Positions 48,901-57,635 of a stretch of 64,000 nucleotides of DNA are shown here, piece by piece (the stretch's first letter is position 1; each line of letters starts with the position of its first letter). A model generated the notes under the pieces. It did no database searches. It was not told the DNA's origin and saw only the letters and a list, made by a program, of their open reading frames with translations. Made by a program: the position numbers and the translations under genes. The stretch is from Aeromicrobium sp. (lineage in GTDB: Bacteria > Actinomycetota > Actinomycetes > Propionibacteriales > Nocardioidaceae), in assembly GCF_023146395.1 (NCBI RefSeq), contig NZ_JAGLCD010000004.1:194718-258717 (forward strand). The letters run 5' to 3'.

Positions 48901-49948
48901 GTTCGAGCTGAGCGAGCCGGTCAGCGGCGAGAGCTTCCGGGTCGTCCTGGTCTCGGCCGAGGACGTTCGCGACAACCCGCGCGACGGGACGCTGCCGGTG
49001 CTGCCGGTCGGGGTCAGCGAGCTCTCGGTCGAGGGAGCCCCGGCCTCCGAGGTGGTCGTGGACCGACGCACCCTGGCCCTGCCGTGCGGCACGGGACCGA
49101 CGGTGACGATCGACGGCGCGGCGACGACCACCTCGGTGTTCACCACGCCGCAGGACCTCGTCACGGGGTCGACGTCCGAGCTCGTGGCCTGCGAGGCTCC
49201 CGATATCGAACTGGCGGCGGGGGAGCACCGGATCACGTCACGGGCGTCGGGCCTCTTCGACGCGGGCATCGTGGTCCTGCACGCGGACTCGGTGCCGCTC
49301 GCGGCGCCGGGCACCTCCGACCTCGTGGTCGTGCCGACCGGGCACAACACCAACGACGCCTGGCAGGGGACGGTCGACGGCCGGGCCGTGCCCGCGGTCC
49401 GCGTCGACGGTTGGCAGCAGGGCTACGTGGTCCCGGCCCGCGACGCGTCGGCGCTCCAGGAGCGCTTCGCGCCGGCCGCCGCGTATCGCGCGGTCCTGCT
49501 CGGTGGCGGGGTGCTGGCCGTGCTGCTCGCCGCGGTGGTCCTGGCGAGCCGTCGTCGTGAGCGTGACGCTGCGCCGGTGACCGATCACGGCCGAGCCTCA
49601 CGATGGGCCTCGTCGCCGGTCATGATGGGTGGCGCGGTGCTGACGGCGGGCCTGCTGGGCGGCACGCCGGGCGCCCTCGCGGCGGTCGGCGCCCTCGCGC
49701 TGCTTCACGTGCTGCACCCACGGTCCGCCGGAGCAGCGCGGGTCCTCGCACCGGCGGCCGTCGTGGCCCTCACGGGCACGGCCGCGGTGGCCACGCTGCT
49801 CGGCGACGGCGCACCCCCCGCCCTGGCTCAGTGGTGCGCGCTGGGGGTGGTGGTCGTGGTGTTGGCGTCGGCCTCGGTGCCTGCCGCAATGCCCGACGCG
49901 GGGGAGCGGCGCCGGACCAGGCGCATCCCCGGCCGCTCGACCAGGTAG
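45926..49948 (+). CDS. Large GT-C glycosyltransferase, AftD/DUF3367-like
   Basis: DTKVDL, GQVQNQAYGYLFPMGPFF, GGVNA, YSPPFLDYIES, LRNAHKF, extracellular CBM-like repeats, DGWQQG; about 1340 aa. Confidence 0.85.
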   Translation: MEPRDRAAQALTERFRLVAVCAALTALAFLQAPGRVVGDTKVDLVVDPGAWLSRAVSIWDPDGQLGQVQNQAYGYLFPMGPFFWVGDVLQLDPWVVQRLWWALLWCVACCGVVRLCRELGIGTPGVRLLAGVLFALSPRFLSVIGPSSIEMWPTALAPWVLVPLVIGLSRGRAWRQAGLSALAVGCVGGVNAVATSAVLPLAVLWLLLAPRGPRRRALLLWWPPLVLVAVLWWLVPLLLLGQYSPPFLDYIESSTVTSSTATVLDALRGTTNWVPRVSWQAVAGREILTTPVIVGQVLVLVAIGAVGLVRRDLPHRRFLVTGLAAGLVLMTIGHTGTVSGWFAPELQTALDGSLAPLRNAHKFDVVARLPLVLGLAHAVTVWLGADRERTFADVRLWTARLAVGSAVLAVTLPAWAGHVAPRGSWDAVPDYWSQTTTWLADHDSPAALVLPASSFADQIWGSTGDEVVQPLATTPWITRSVVPLTPPGTIRMLDAVTDQASSGSPTGLAATLRRAGIRHVVVRFDLADRVDPSRAELIDHTLTSTPGLVEVASFGPDLGSDPSTEIDGQRFFVSGGWQTEQPAVIVFEVQDAPTPFTPVDTAPVVVGDAGTLAALDTLGVLPPGSTFLAGDRPESSTGPWVLTDGQRRSEVDFSAVDRQRSAALGPGEPYRFDRGTHDYAADDTSASVVELEGARGLTASSSRSDAGVGGGSRPSAGPWSAFDGDPRSAWQSRTDTGWIRLQLDEPTDLGVVTIRTGQPPGATEELTVHTQDGPRTVQAIGDAAVEVEVGRVDRIEVAGARVPLGRFQIAEISSPALTVSRPLVLPRAEGPVSTVVLGLDHGVRPGCLDVELIARCRVDQEEPGEDAWSIDRIVALPADDVFTLDVRASPVGGPALDEVLQQGQPMQLRSSSTLSNDPATTVSLTLDGSAATGWIADPEDLDPTVTLSWSSPQVLTELTLRTDESLPASSVARIGVVSDTGERATARGRNGVFELSEPVSGESFRVVLVSAEDVRDNPRDGTLPVLPVGVSELSVEGAPASEVVVDRRTLALPCGTGPTVTIDGAATTTSVFTTPQDLVTGSTSELVACEAPDIELAAGEHRITSRASGLFDAGIVVLHADSVPLAAPGTSDLVVVPTGHNTNDAWQGTVDGRAVPAVRVDGWQQGYVVPARDASALQERFAPAAAYRAVLLGGGVLAVLLAAVVLASRRRERDAAPVTDHGRASRWASSPVMMGGAVLTAGLLGGTPGALAAVGALALLHVLHPRSAGAARVLAPAAVVALTGTAAVATLLGDGAPPALAQWCALGVVVVVLASASVPAAMPDAGERRRTRRIPGRSTR

Positions 49949-51018
49949 TGCAGCAGCTCGGCCACGAGCAGGCTCACGCCGAGGACCAGTCCGAGCAGGA
50001 GCGGCCAGCTCGCCGCGAACAGCGTGAACCCGCCGACCGCCATGACCGCCTCGAGCACGAGCAGGTGGCAGCAGAACAGCGCGAAGGACGTGTGTCCGAG
50101 ATGGCGGCTGATCGGGTGGGCGAGCACCGAGCCCGCCCGCGGCGCCAGCACCGACGGCGCCACCAGGAGCAGGGCGATGACCAGGTACGCGAGGTGGCGG
50201 GTCACGGCTTCGCCGGCGCTCGGCGCCACGAGCAACGGGGACCCCGCGACGGGCGTCGCCGCGAACACGAAGACGGCTCCGGCGGTCAGGTAGCAGGTCA
50301 GGCGGTCGCGGACGAGGGTCGTCGTGACCCGCGACAACCGCGTGGTGCCGCCGTCGGCCACGATGCTCGCGAGCAGCATGCCGCCCACGAACCAGGCCAG
50401 GCTCGCCGGGAGCTGCCGCGCCGGCCAGTCGAGGGCCAGCTCCGGCAGCCGCGCCACCGTGGTCCAGGCGACCCCGAGCAGGCCGAGCGCCAGCAGCGTC
50501 AACCGCACGGACCGGACCCGGTTCCGGCTGTGCCGGGCGATCCAGGCCAGACCTGCGCCCAGCAGCGGCAGCACGAGGTAGAACGCGGCCTCGACCGAGA
50601 GGCTCCACATCTGGCTGAGCCCCGTCGGCAGGAACGGGGCTCGGAAGTGCTCGACGAGGGTCAGGTTGCCGATCCAGACCCCGAGCCCGGACCCGCGGTT
50701 CGCCGGTACCGCGACCAGGGCGACCACGACGACGACCCAGTACACCGGCAGGATCCGTGCCAGACGCTTCACGGCGTACCGGCGGGTGCTCTCGACCGGG
50801 CGTCCGTTCTGGGCGCGCTCGAGGTGCGGCAGGCCGAGCAGGAATCCCGACAGCACGAAGAAGATCGCCACGCCGACCTCGAGACGCTGGGTGGCAGCGC
50901 CCCACGTGCCGTGCGTGTAGACGCCGGCCGCGAACGCCGTGTGGGTCGCGACGACCGCGATCGACGCGACGGCCCGGAGCCCGTCGAGCTCGGCGAAGTA
51001 CCGCGGGGACGTCGTCAC
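49828..51018 (-). CDS. Acyltransferase-3 family membrane protein (Rv0228-like)
   Basis: LDGLRAVA, GVAIFFVLSGFLL, RLARILPVYW, QMWSLSVEAAFY. Confidence 0.88.
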   Translation of the reverse strand: MTTSPRYFAELDGLRAVASIAVVATHTAFAAGVYTHGTWGAATQRLEVGVAIFFVLSGFLLGLPHLERAQNGRPVESTRRYAVKRLARILPVYWVVVVVALVAVPANRGSGLGVWIGNLTLVEHFRAPFLPTGLSQMWSLSVEAAFYLVLPLLGAGLAWIARHSRNRVRSVRLTLLALGLLGVAWTTVARLPELALDWPARQLPASLAWFVGGMLLASIVADGGTTRLSRVTTTLVRDRLTCYLTAGAVFVFAATPVAGSPLLVAPSAGEAVTRHLAYLVIALLLVAPSVLAPRAGSVLAHPISRHLGHTSFALFCCHLLVLEAVMAVGGFTLFAASWPLLLGLVLGVSLLVAELLHYLVERPGMRLVRRRSPASGIAAGTEADANTTTTTPSAHH

Positions 51019-51072
51019 CCCCCGATCGTGACATCTGGCAGGTCCACCGGGGCCCGCGGCTAGGCTCACCGC

Positions 51073-52323
51073 ATGGACGACGCCGACCGGATGCTGCAGT
51101 TCATCGACGCCTCGCCCTCGCCGTTCCACGCCACGGCCACCGCGGCGGCGTGGCTCGTCGAGGCCGGTTGGGTCGAGGTGGCCGAGCGGGACCCGTGGCC
51201 CACCGAGCCGGGTCGCTACCTCGTGCGGCGAGGTGGCTCGCTCGCCGCGTGGTCCACGACCGCCTCGACGTCGCCCTCCGACCCGTTCCGGATCGTGGGG
51301 GCCCACACCGACAGCCCCAACCTCCGGCTCAAGCAGCACCACGACCGGCGGTTCGCGAATCTCGCGGTCGTGGCCCTCGAGCCGTACGGCGGTCCGCTGC
51401 TGACGACCTGGCTGGACCGCGACCTCGGCGTCGCCGGCCGGATCGGTCTGCGCGACGGCACCGAGCGTCTGGTGCACGTGGCCGACCCGGTCCTGCGCGT
51501 GCCGAACCTGGCCATCCACCTCGACCGCGACGCCTCGTCCGCGCCCGATCGCCAGCGTCACCTCGACGCGGTCTGGGGCACGGGCGACGAACCGTTCCTG
51601 ACCTGGCTCGGCCGTCGCGAGGGCTTCGATCCCGACGACGTGCTGGGCTTCGAGCTCATGACCGCCGACACCCTGGCCTCGACGCGGGTCGGGGCGTCGG
51701 CGGAGCTCGTGGCCGCCCCGCGGCTCGACAACCAGGCGACCTGCTTCGCCGCCGTGCGCGCGCTGATCGATGCCGCCGACGTCGAGGGCCTGCGGTCCGT
51801 CGTCGTGCTGTTCGACCACGAGGAGGTGGGCAGCACCTCCGAGCGCGGCGCCCAGTCGGACCTGCTCGCCACGGTCCTCGAGCGCACAGTCCTGGCGGCC
51901 GGCGGCACGCGCGACGACGTGCACCGCGCCGTGGCCGGGTCGATCTGCGCCTCGGGCGACATGGCCCACGCGACCCATCCCAACCATGCCGACCGGCACG
52001 AGCCGCTGCACCGCATCGTGGCCGGCGGAGGGCCCGTGCTCAAGGTCAACCAGAACCTGCGCTATGCCACCGACACGCGCGGAACCGTCGCGTTCGCCCT
52101 GGCGTGCGAGCAGGCGGGCGTGCCGCTGCAGCGCTACGTGCACCGCGCCGACCTGCCCTGCGGATCGACGATCGGGCCGATGAGCGCGGCGCGCACCGGC
52201 ATCACGACGGTCGACGTCGGCGCCCCGCAGCTCGCGATGCACTCGGCCCGCGAGCAGATGGCTGCGGCCGACGTCACGCCCTACGTGCGGTCGCTCGGCG
52301 CCTTCCTGGCTCCGGCGCCCTAG
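51073..52323 (+). CDS. M18 family aspartyl aminopeptidase
   Basis: [47 protein letters not shown]. Confidence 0.93.
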   Translation: MDDADRMLQFIDASPSPFHATATAAAWLVEAGWVEVAERDPWPTEPGRYLVRRGGSLAAWSTTASTSPSDPFRIVGAHTDSPNLRLKQHHDRRFANLAVVALEPYGGPLLTTWLDRDLGVAGRIGLRDGTERLVHVADPVLRVPNLAIHLDRDASSAPDRQRHLDAVWGTGDEPFLTWLGRREGFDPDDVLGFELMTADTLASTRVGASAELVAAPRLDNQATCFAAVRALIDAADVEGLRSVVVLFDHEEVGSTSERGAQSDLLATVLERTVLAAGGTRDDVHRAVAGSICASGDMAHATHPNHADRHEPLHRIVAGGGPVLKVNQNLRYATDTRGTVAFALACEQAGVPLQRYVHRADLPCGSTIGPMSAARTGITTVDVGAPQLAMHSAREQMAAADVTPYVRSLGAFLAPAP

Positions 52324-52506
52324 GGACGGCCCGCCCCGCATTCACGGGAAGAAGTGCCGTCGCGTACCCTTGAGGGGCGTTGATGGCCTGCGTCCGTCTC
52401 GGACCTGAGCAGACTGGCGCTCGTGTATCTCCGGGGACCACGTCCCCACGATCCAGGGCCTTCGGCGTGTCCACCAATTCCATCCATCCATCGGAGCCCA
52501 CCGGCT

Positions 52507-53973
52507 ATGACTTCTGGCATCGCAACACCTGCTGTCGCACCGCAGGTTGCGGTCAATGACATCGGCAACGAGGAAGACTTCCTCGCGGCGATCGACAAGA
52601 CCATCAAGTACTTCAACGACGGCGACATCGTCGAAGGCACCATCGTCAAGGTCGACCGTGACGAGGTCCTCCTCGACATCGGTTACAAGACCGAAGGTGT
52701 CATCCCCTCCCGCGAGCTGAGCATCAAGCACGACGTCGACCCCCACGAGGTCGTCGCCGTCGGTGACGCGGTCGAGGCCCTCGTCCTCCAGAAGGAGGAC
52801 AAGGAAGGCCGTCTGATCCTGTCCAAGAAGCGCGCCCAGTACGAGCGCGCCTGGGGCGACATCGAGAAGATCAAGGACGAGGACGGCGTCGTCGAGGGCA
52901 CCGTCATCGAGGTCGTCAAGGGCGGCCTCATCATGGACATCGGTCTGCGCGGCTTCCTGCCCGCCTCGCTCGTCGAGATGCGCCGTGTCCGCGACCTGGA
53001 TCCCTACATCGGCCAGAAGCTCGAGGCCAAGATCATCGAGCTCGACAAGAACCGCAACAACGTGGTCCTGTCGCGCCGTGCCTGGCTCGAGCAGACGCAG
53101 TCGGCCGTCCGCCAGAACTTCCTGACCGAGCTCAAGAAGGGCCAGGTCCGCAAGGGCGTCATCAGCTCGATCGTCAACTTCGGCGCCTTCGTCGATCTCG
53201 GCGGCGTCGACGGTCTGGTGCACGTCTCGGAGCTGTCCTGGAAGCACATCGACCACCCGAACGAGGTCGTCCAGGTCGGCGACGAGGTCACCGTCGAGGT
53301 GCTCGACGTCGACATGGACCGCGAGCGCGTCTCGCTGTCGCTCAAGGCGACGCAGGAGGATCCCTGGCAGCACTTCGCCCGGGTCCACCAGATCGGTCAG
53401 ATCGTGCCGGGCAAGGTCACCAAGCTCGTTCCCTTCGGTGCGTTCGTGCGCGTCGAGGAGGGCATCGAGGGCCTGGTGCACATCTCCGAGCTCGCCGAGC
53501 GTCACGTCGAGATCCCCGAGCAGGTCGTGCAAATCAACGACCAGGTCATGGTCAAGATCATCGACATCGACCTGGAGCGTCGCCGCATCTCGCTGTCGCT
53601 CAAGCAGGCCAACGAGACCGAGGCCGCCGTCGCCGACGACTTCGATCCGACCCTGTACGGCATGACCTCCTCGTACGACGAGGAGGGCAACTACATCTAC
53701 CCCGACGGCTTCGATCCGGAGACCGGCGAGTGGCAGGAGGGCTTCGAAGAGGCCCGCGCCACGTGGGAGAAGCAGTACGCCGAGGCGCACGAGCGCTGGG
53801 AGGCCCACAAGAAGCAGATCGCCGACTCCGAGAAGGCTGCGATCGAGGCCAGCGAGGCCAGCAACTACTCCTCGGAGGTCCCCGAGGCCGCCGACGGCGG
53901 CCCCGGTGCGGGTTCGCTGGCGTCCGACGAGGCCCTGCAGGCGCTGCGCGAGAAGCTCACCGGCGGCGAGTGA
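52507..53973 (+). CDS. rpsA: 30S ribosomal protein S1
   Basis: PQVAVNDIG, four S1 domains, SDEALQALREKL C-terminus. Confidence 0.98.
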   Translation: MTSGIATPAVAPQVAVNDIGNEEDFLAAIDKTIKYFNDGDIVEGTIVKVDRDEVLLDIGYKTEGVIPSRELSIKHDVDPHEVVAVGDAVEALVLQKEDKEGRLILSKKRAQYERAWGDIEKIKDEDGVVEGTVIEVVKGGLIMDIGLRGFLPASLVEMRRVRDLDPYIGQKLEAKIIELDKNRNNVVLSRRAWLEQTQSAVRQNFLTELKKGQVRKGVISSIVNFGAFVDLGGVDGLVHVSELSWKHIDHPNEVVQVGDEVTVEVLDVDMDRERVSLSLKATQEDPWQHFARVHQIGQIVPGKVTKLVPFGAFVRVEEGIEGLVHISELAERHVEIPEQVVQINDQVMVKIIDIDLERRRISLSLKQANETEAAVADDFDPTLYGMTSSYDEEGNYIYPDGFDPETGEWQEGFEEARATWEKQYAEAHERWEAHKKQIADSEKAAIEASEASNYSSEVPEAADGGPGAGSLASDEALQALREKLTGGE

Positions 53974-54029
53974 TCGCTGGCTGAGCCTGTCTCAGCCGTT
54001 CGCCGACATCGAGCTCGTTCCGAGCCCGG

Positions 54030-54179
54030 TCACCGTTCGCGGTGGCCGGGCTCGAACGCGTCTGCGGGGTGGCTGCGTGGGGGAGTGCGCTGGCCGAGAC
54101 CGTCGCGGTGGACGAGCCGCGCGATCTCGCCGGCGGCGAGGAGGGTCAGCAGGAACGTGGCGGCGACGAAGAGGATCAT
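54030..54179 (-). CDS. Small membrane peptide (49 aa), not in ORF track
   Basis: MILFVAATFLLTLLAAGEIARLVHRDGLGQRTPPRSHPADAFEPGHRER: TM helix then DGxGxRxPPRSH; divergent from the AraC gene. Confidence 0.55.
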   Translation of the reverse strand: MILFVAATFLLTLLAAGEIARLVHRDGLGQRTPPRSHPADAFEPGHRER

Positions 54180-54266
54180 GGCAGTAATTCTTTGAACAAC
54201 TCATTACTGCCACCAGTGGCAGTAATGACAGTGCTCATCGAATAACCGCCAACTCTGTGGCAGGAT
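54179..54266. promoter_or_regulatory. Putative operator of the GlxA/AdpA-like regulator
   Basis: TGGCAGTAAT at 54179; perfect IR TCATTACTGCCAC-CA-GTGGCAGTAATGA 54201-54228; weaker TGGC sites near 54250-54266. Confidence 0.7.
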
Positions 54267-54272
54267 GGGCCG

Positions 54273-55283
54273 ATGGAGATCGAGCCCTACGGCGACCCGT
54301 CACGAGTTCCGGCCCCCTCAGGTCCGCTGCGCAAGGTCGTCGCGGTCGTGCAGGACGGTGTCGAGCCCTTCGGGCTGGGGTCGATCTGCGAGGTCTGGGC
54401 CGAGCCGTACCACCCCGACGACGACAACCCCGTGTTCGACTTCGTGGTCTGCGCCGAGTCCCCGGGCGTCGTGAAGGGCCGCGCCGGCTTCGACGTCGTC
54501 GTGCACCACGGGCTCGAGGAGCTGGAGGACGCCGACCTGATCTGCATCGCCCCGAAGTACGACTACCTGAACCACTCGCCAGCCGTCCTGCAGGCGATCG
54601 CTCGGGCGCACGCCCGCGGGGCCTGGATCTTCGCGCACTGCTCCAGCAGCTTCCTGCTGGGAGCGGCCGGCCTGCTGGACGGTCGTCGGTGCACGACGCA
54701 CTGGCGGTTCGGCGAGCGTCTGGCGGCGGCCTACCCGGGCGCGATCGTCGACCCGGACGTGCTCTACGTCGAGGACGACCGCATCGTGACCGGTGCCGGG
54801 TCGGCGGCCGGCATCGACGCGGCGCTGCACCTGCTGCGACGTCACTACGGTGCACGCGTCGCCGCCACCACCGCCCGGCGCATCGTCGTGCCGCCGCACC
54901 GTGACGGTGGACAGGCCCAGTTCGTCCGGACGCCCGTGCGGGCCGAGGAGGCCGAGACCCTCGCACCGCTCCTGGCGTGGGTCGCGGCCCACCTCGACGA
55001 GACCCTCACGGTCGACCGGCTGGCGCGCCAGGCCCACATGTCGGCGCGCACCTTCGCCCGCCGCTTCCGCGACGAGACCGGCACGACGCCGCTGCAGTGG
55101 ATCACGGGTCAGCGCATCGCCCTGGCCGAGGAGCTCCTGGAGAACTCGACCCTCTCGGTCGAGCAGATCGCCTCGCGGGTCGGATTCGGCAACGCCGCCA
55201 CGTTGCGTCACCACTTCACGCAGTCCCGGGGCGTGGCCCCGCTGGCCTACCGCAAGCAGTTCAGCTGCCTCGAACCCGCCTGA
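54273..55283 (+). CDS. GlxA-family AraC regulator (DJ-1/PfpI + HTH)
   Basis: CTTHW, TGAGSAAGID, PPHRDGGQAQF, MSARTFARRF double HTH. Confidence 0.92.
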   Translation: MEIEPYGDPSRVPAPSGPLRKVVAVVQDGVEPFGLGSICEVWAEPYHPDDDNPVFDFVVCAESPGVVKGRAGFDVVVHHGLEELEDADLICIAPKYDYLNHSPAVLQAIARAHARGAWIFAHCSSSFLLGAAGLLDGRRCTTHWRFGERLAAAYPGAIVDPDVLYVEDDRIVTGAGSAAGIDAALHLLRRHYGARVAATTARRIVVPPHRDGGQAQFVRTPVRAEEAETLAPLLAWVAAHLDETLTVDRLARQAHMSARTFARRFRDETGTTPLQWITGQRIALAEELLENSTLSVEQIASRVGFGNAATLRHHFTQSRGVAPLAYRKQFSCLEPA

Positions 55284-55307
55284 CTGTCGGTGATCGGCCG
55301 TCGCCGA

Positions 55308-56627
55308 TCACGCCAGCTCGGTTCGCCTGACCTTGCCGGTCGCGGTCCGCGGGAGGTCCTCGAGGTGCTCGTACTCCTTGGGGCGCTTGGGGGGTGCCAG
55401 CTGCTCGGCGGCGACGGCCCGGAGCTCCTCCTCCGTGGCGTCGCCGACCCACGCCGCACACACGCGCTGGCCCCAGCGGTCGTCCTGGCGACCGAAGACC
55501 GCCACGTCACGGACCCCGGGCACGGCTCCGAGGACGTCCTCGACCTCGGCAGGGTACACGTTGACGCCTCCAGTGATGACCAGGTCGGTGCGGCGGGCGT
55601 CGAGGAAGACGTGTCCGTCCTCGACGCGTCCCAGGTCGCCGACGGTGAACGACGGCCCGTCGGGCGAGTCGGTCCAGGCCGACGCCGTCTTGTCGGGATC
55701 GCGCCAGTACTCGAAGCGCGCCCAGGGCGGGACGGCGCACCAGATCTGGTCGTCACCGTCGGTCCAGACCACCCGGCCGGGGCGAGCCCGTCCGAGCGTG
55801 CCGGGTCGCTCCCGCCACTCCGTGGCGGGGCAGGCCGTGAACTGTCCCTCGGTCGACCCGTAGAACTCCCAGACGACATCGGCGCCGAGCTCGTCGTGGG
55901 CGCGCAGCCGTACCGGCGTCGGGCAGGGCGCGCCGGCATGGGCCACGAGGCGGAAGGAGTCGGTCGGCAGACGCTCTCCGAGCTCGTCAGCGTGGGCGAA
56001 GAGGCGCTGCAGGTGGGCCGGCACGCAGAACATCGTGGTGGGCCGCAGATCGCCGAACGCCCGCGCGACGGCGGCCGGCTCGAACGGCACGACCGCGACG
56101 GACCCGCCCGCCAGCAGGGTCCCGATCGCGAACCGCAGGGGCGCGGAGTGGTACAGCGGGGAGACCGCGAGGTTGAGGTCGTCCGGCCGAAAGCCCCAGA
56201 GCGCCCGCTCCTCGAGGGCGGCGGCCTCGGCGTGCTCGGGGGAGAGCCAGCCCGACCAGACTCCCTTCGGTCGCCCGGTGGTGCCGGAGGTGAAGTGCAT
56301 GGGACGACAGCGCGGATACGGGTCGAGGTCGAGCTCGGGGCCGTGGTCCAGCGCGTCGAGCACGGCGGGCTCGTCCACGACCAGCGTCGGCTCCACCTGG
56401 TCGAGGACGACGGCGCGCTCGCGCGGGGTCAGCCGCGGGTCGAGGGGCACGGGCACGACCCCGCTTCGGGAGGCGGCCAGGACGAGGTCGACCGTCGCCG
56501 TCGTGCCGGCGGTCAGCAGGGCGACGCGATCGCCGTGACGCAGACCCGACTCGCGCAGGGATCCGGCCATCCGACGCTGCCGAGCCAGGCTGTCGGCGGC
56601 GCTGTGGATCTGCGGTTGAGCCGGCAT
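55308..56627 (-). CDS. AMP-dependent acyl-CoA synthetase
   Basis: FTSGTTGRPKG, YGSTEG, GDLG, GGVNVYPAEVE, PRTATGK. Confidence 0.9.
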   Translation of the reverse strand: MPAQPQIHSAADSLARQRRMAGSLRESGLRHGDRVALLTAGTTATVDLVLAASRSGVVPVPLDPRLTPRERAVVLDQVEPTLVVDEPAVLDALDHGPELDLDPYPRCRPMHFTSGTTGRPKGVWSGWLSPEHAEAAALEERALWGFRPDDLNLAVSPLYHSAPLRFAIGTLLAGGSVAVVPFEPAAVARAFGDLRPTTMFCVPAHLQRLFAHADELGERLPTDSFRLVAHAGAPCPTPVRLRAHDELGADVVWEFYGSTEGQFTACPATEWRERPGTLGRARPGRVVWTDGDDQIWCAVPPWARFEYWRDPDKTASAWTDSPDGPSFTVGDLGRVEDGHVFLDARRTDLVITGGVNVYPAEVEDVLGAVPGVRDVAVFGRQDDRWGQRVCAAWVGDATEEELRAVAAEQLAPPKRPKEYEHLEDLPRTATGKVRRTELA

Positions 56628-56650
56628 GGGTCTCCTGAAAAGCTCTCGAC

Positions 56651-56668
56651 ATGTGAGGTGCCTCACAT
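56651..56668. promoter_or_regulatory. Crp-type binding site
   Basis: ATGTGA-GGTGCC-TCACAT, a perfect TGTGA-N6-TCACA in a divergent intergenic region. Confidence 0.8.
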
Positions 56669-56787
56669 CGCCTCGCCTGAAAGGGGCGTTCGATGACCAG
56701 GCGCATGTCAGTATGGTTCAGTCGAGGGGCGGCTGCGTCGTCAGTCCGCGCCTCGTGCCGTGTCCAACGTCTGAAGGTGGTTTTACT

Positions 56788-57624
56788 GTGGGTTCTCCCG
56801 GCAAGCGACGGGCGGACGTACGAGCGACCCCGATCAGGCGGGGCCCGACCTTCTGGCAGCTGCAGCTGCGACGCGTCGTGCTGCCCACGGTCGGTGTCGG
56901 TGCCCTGGCGGTCGCCACTGCGGCCGTCGCTGCCCATCCGAGCGCGGACCTGCCCGTCTCGCCCGACCGCGTCGCGTCCGTGCAGGCCAGCGAGGTCAGC
57001 CGCAGCGGCGAGCGCCCGGTCCTCGCGACGCAGGCCGAGACCGCGCAGCAGGCCACGGGTGCCCTGTGGGTCACCACCGATGCGGAGATCCGTTCCGATG
57101 CCGCCCCCACCGCGCCCGTCCTCGGTCAGGCGACCGAGGGCAGCCAGGTCCTCGTGACCGGTGTCGTCGAGGGCGAGTGGACCCAGGTCCTGCTCAACGA
57201 CGTGCCGCGCTGGGTCGCCTCCACGACGCTGTCGACCGAGGAACCCCTCGGCACGGCGCCGTGCTCGCGCGGTTCAGGCGTCGAGAAGGGCCTCCAGCCC
57301 GACACGATCAAGGTCTACCGCGCGGTGTGCGCCAAGTTCCCCCAGATCTCCAGCTACGGCGGCCGCGCCGCGCGCGCCAACACCTCGGGCCACCCCACCG
57401 GCCGCGCGCTCGACATCATGACGTCCGACAAGGCCCTCGGCGACGAGATCGCCCAGTTCGTGATCGACAACCGCGAGAAGCTGGGCATGACCCAAGTCAT
57501 CTGGCGTCAGCGCATCTGGGAGCCCGGTTCGGGCTGGCGGGGCATGAGCGATCGCGGCGGCGCCACGGCGAACCACTTCGACCACGTGCACGTCACGACG
57601 TCCGGCGACGCCGCGATCAGCTGA
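56788..57624 (+). CDS. Secreted/anchored SH3b + metallopeptidase-like protein (putative cell-wall hydrolase)
   Basis: GKRRA N-terminus, hydrophobic helix, SH3b-like segment, C-terminal GHPTGRALD (H-x6-D) and NHFDHVHV. Confidence 0.7.
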   Translation: MGSPGKRRADVRATPIRRGPTFWQLQLRRVVLPTVGVGALAVATAAVAAHPSADLPVSPDRVASVQASEVSRSGERPVLATQAETAQQATGALWVTTDAEIRSDAAPTAPVLGQATEGSQVLVTGVVEGEWTQVLLNDVPRWVASTTLSTEEPLGTAPCSRGSGVEKGLQPDTIKVYRAVCAKFPQISSYGGRAARANTSGHPTGRALDIMTSDKALGDEIAQFVIDNREKLGMTQVIWRQRIWEPGSGWRGMSDRGGATANHFDHVHVTTSGDAAIS

Positions 57625-57635
57625 GGCGCCACCCC

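Noticed and set aside
45926-49948. Assigning the gene symbol aftD and arabinofuranosyltransferase function
   Set aside because: Family resemblance is clear, but donor and acceptor cannot be inferred in a probably non-mycolata host.
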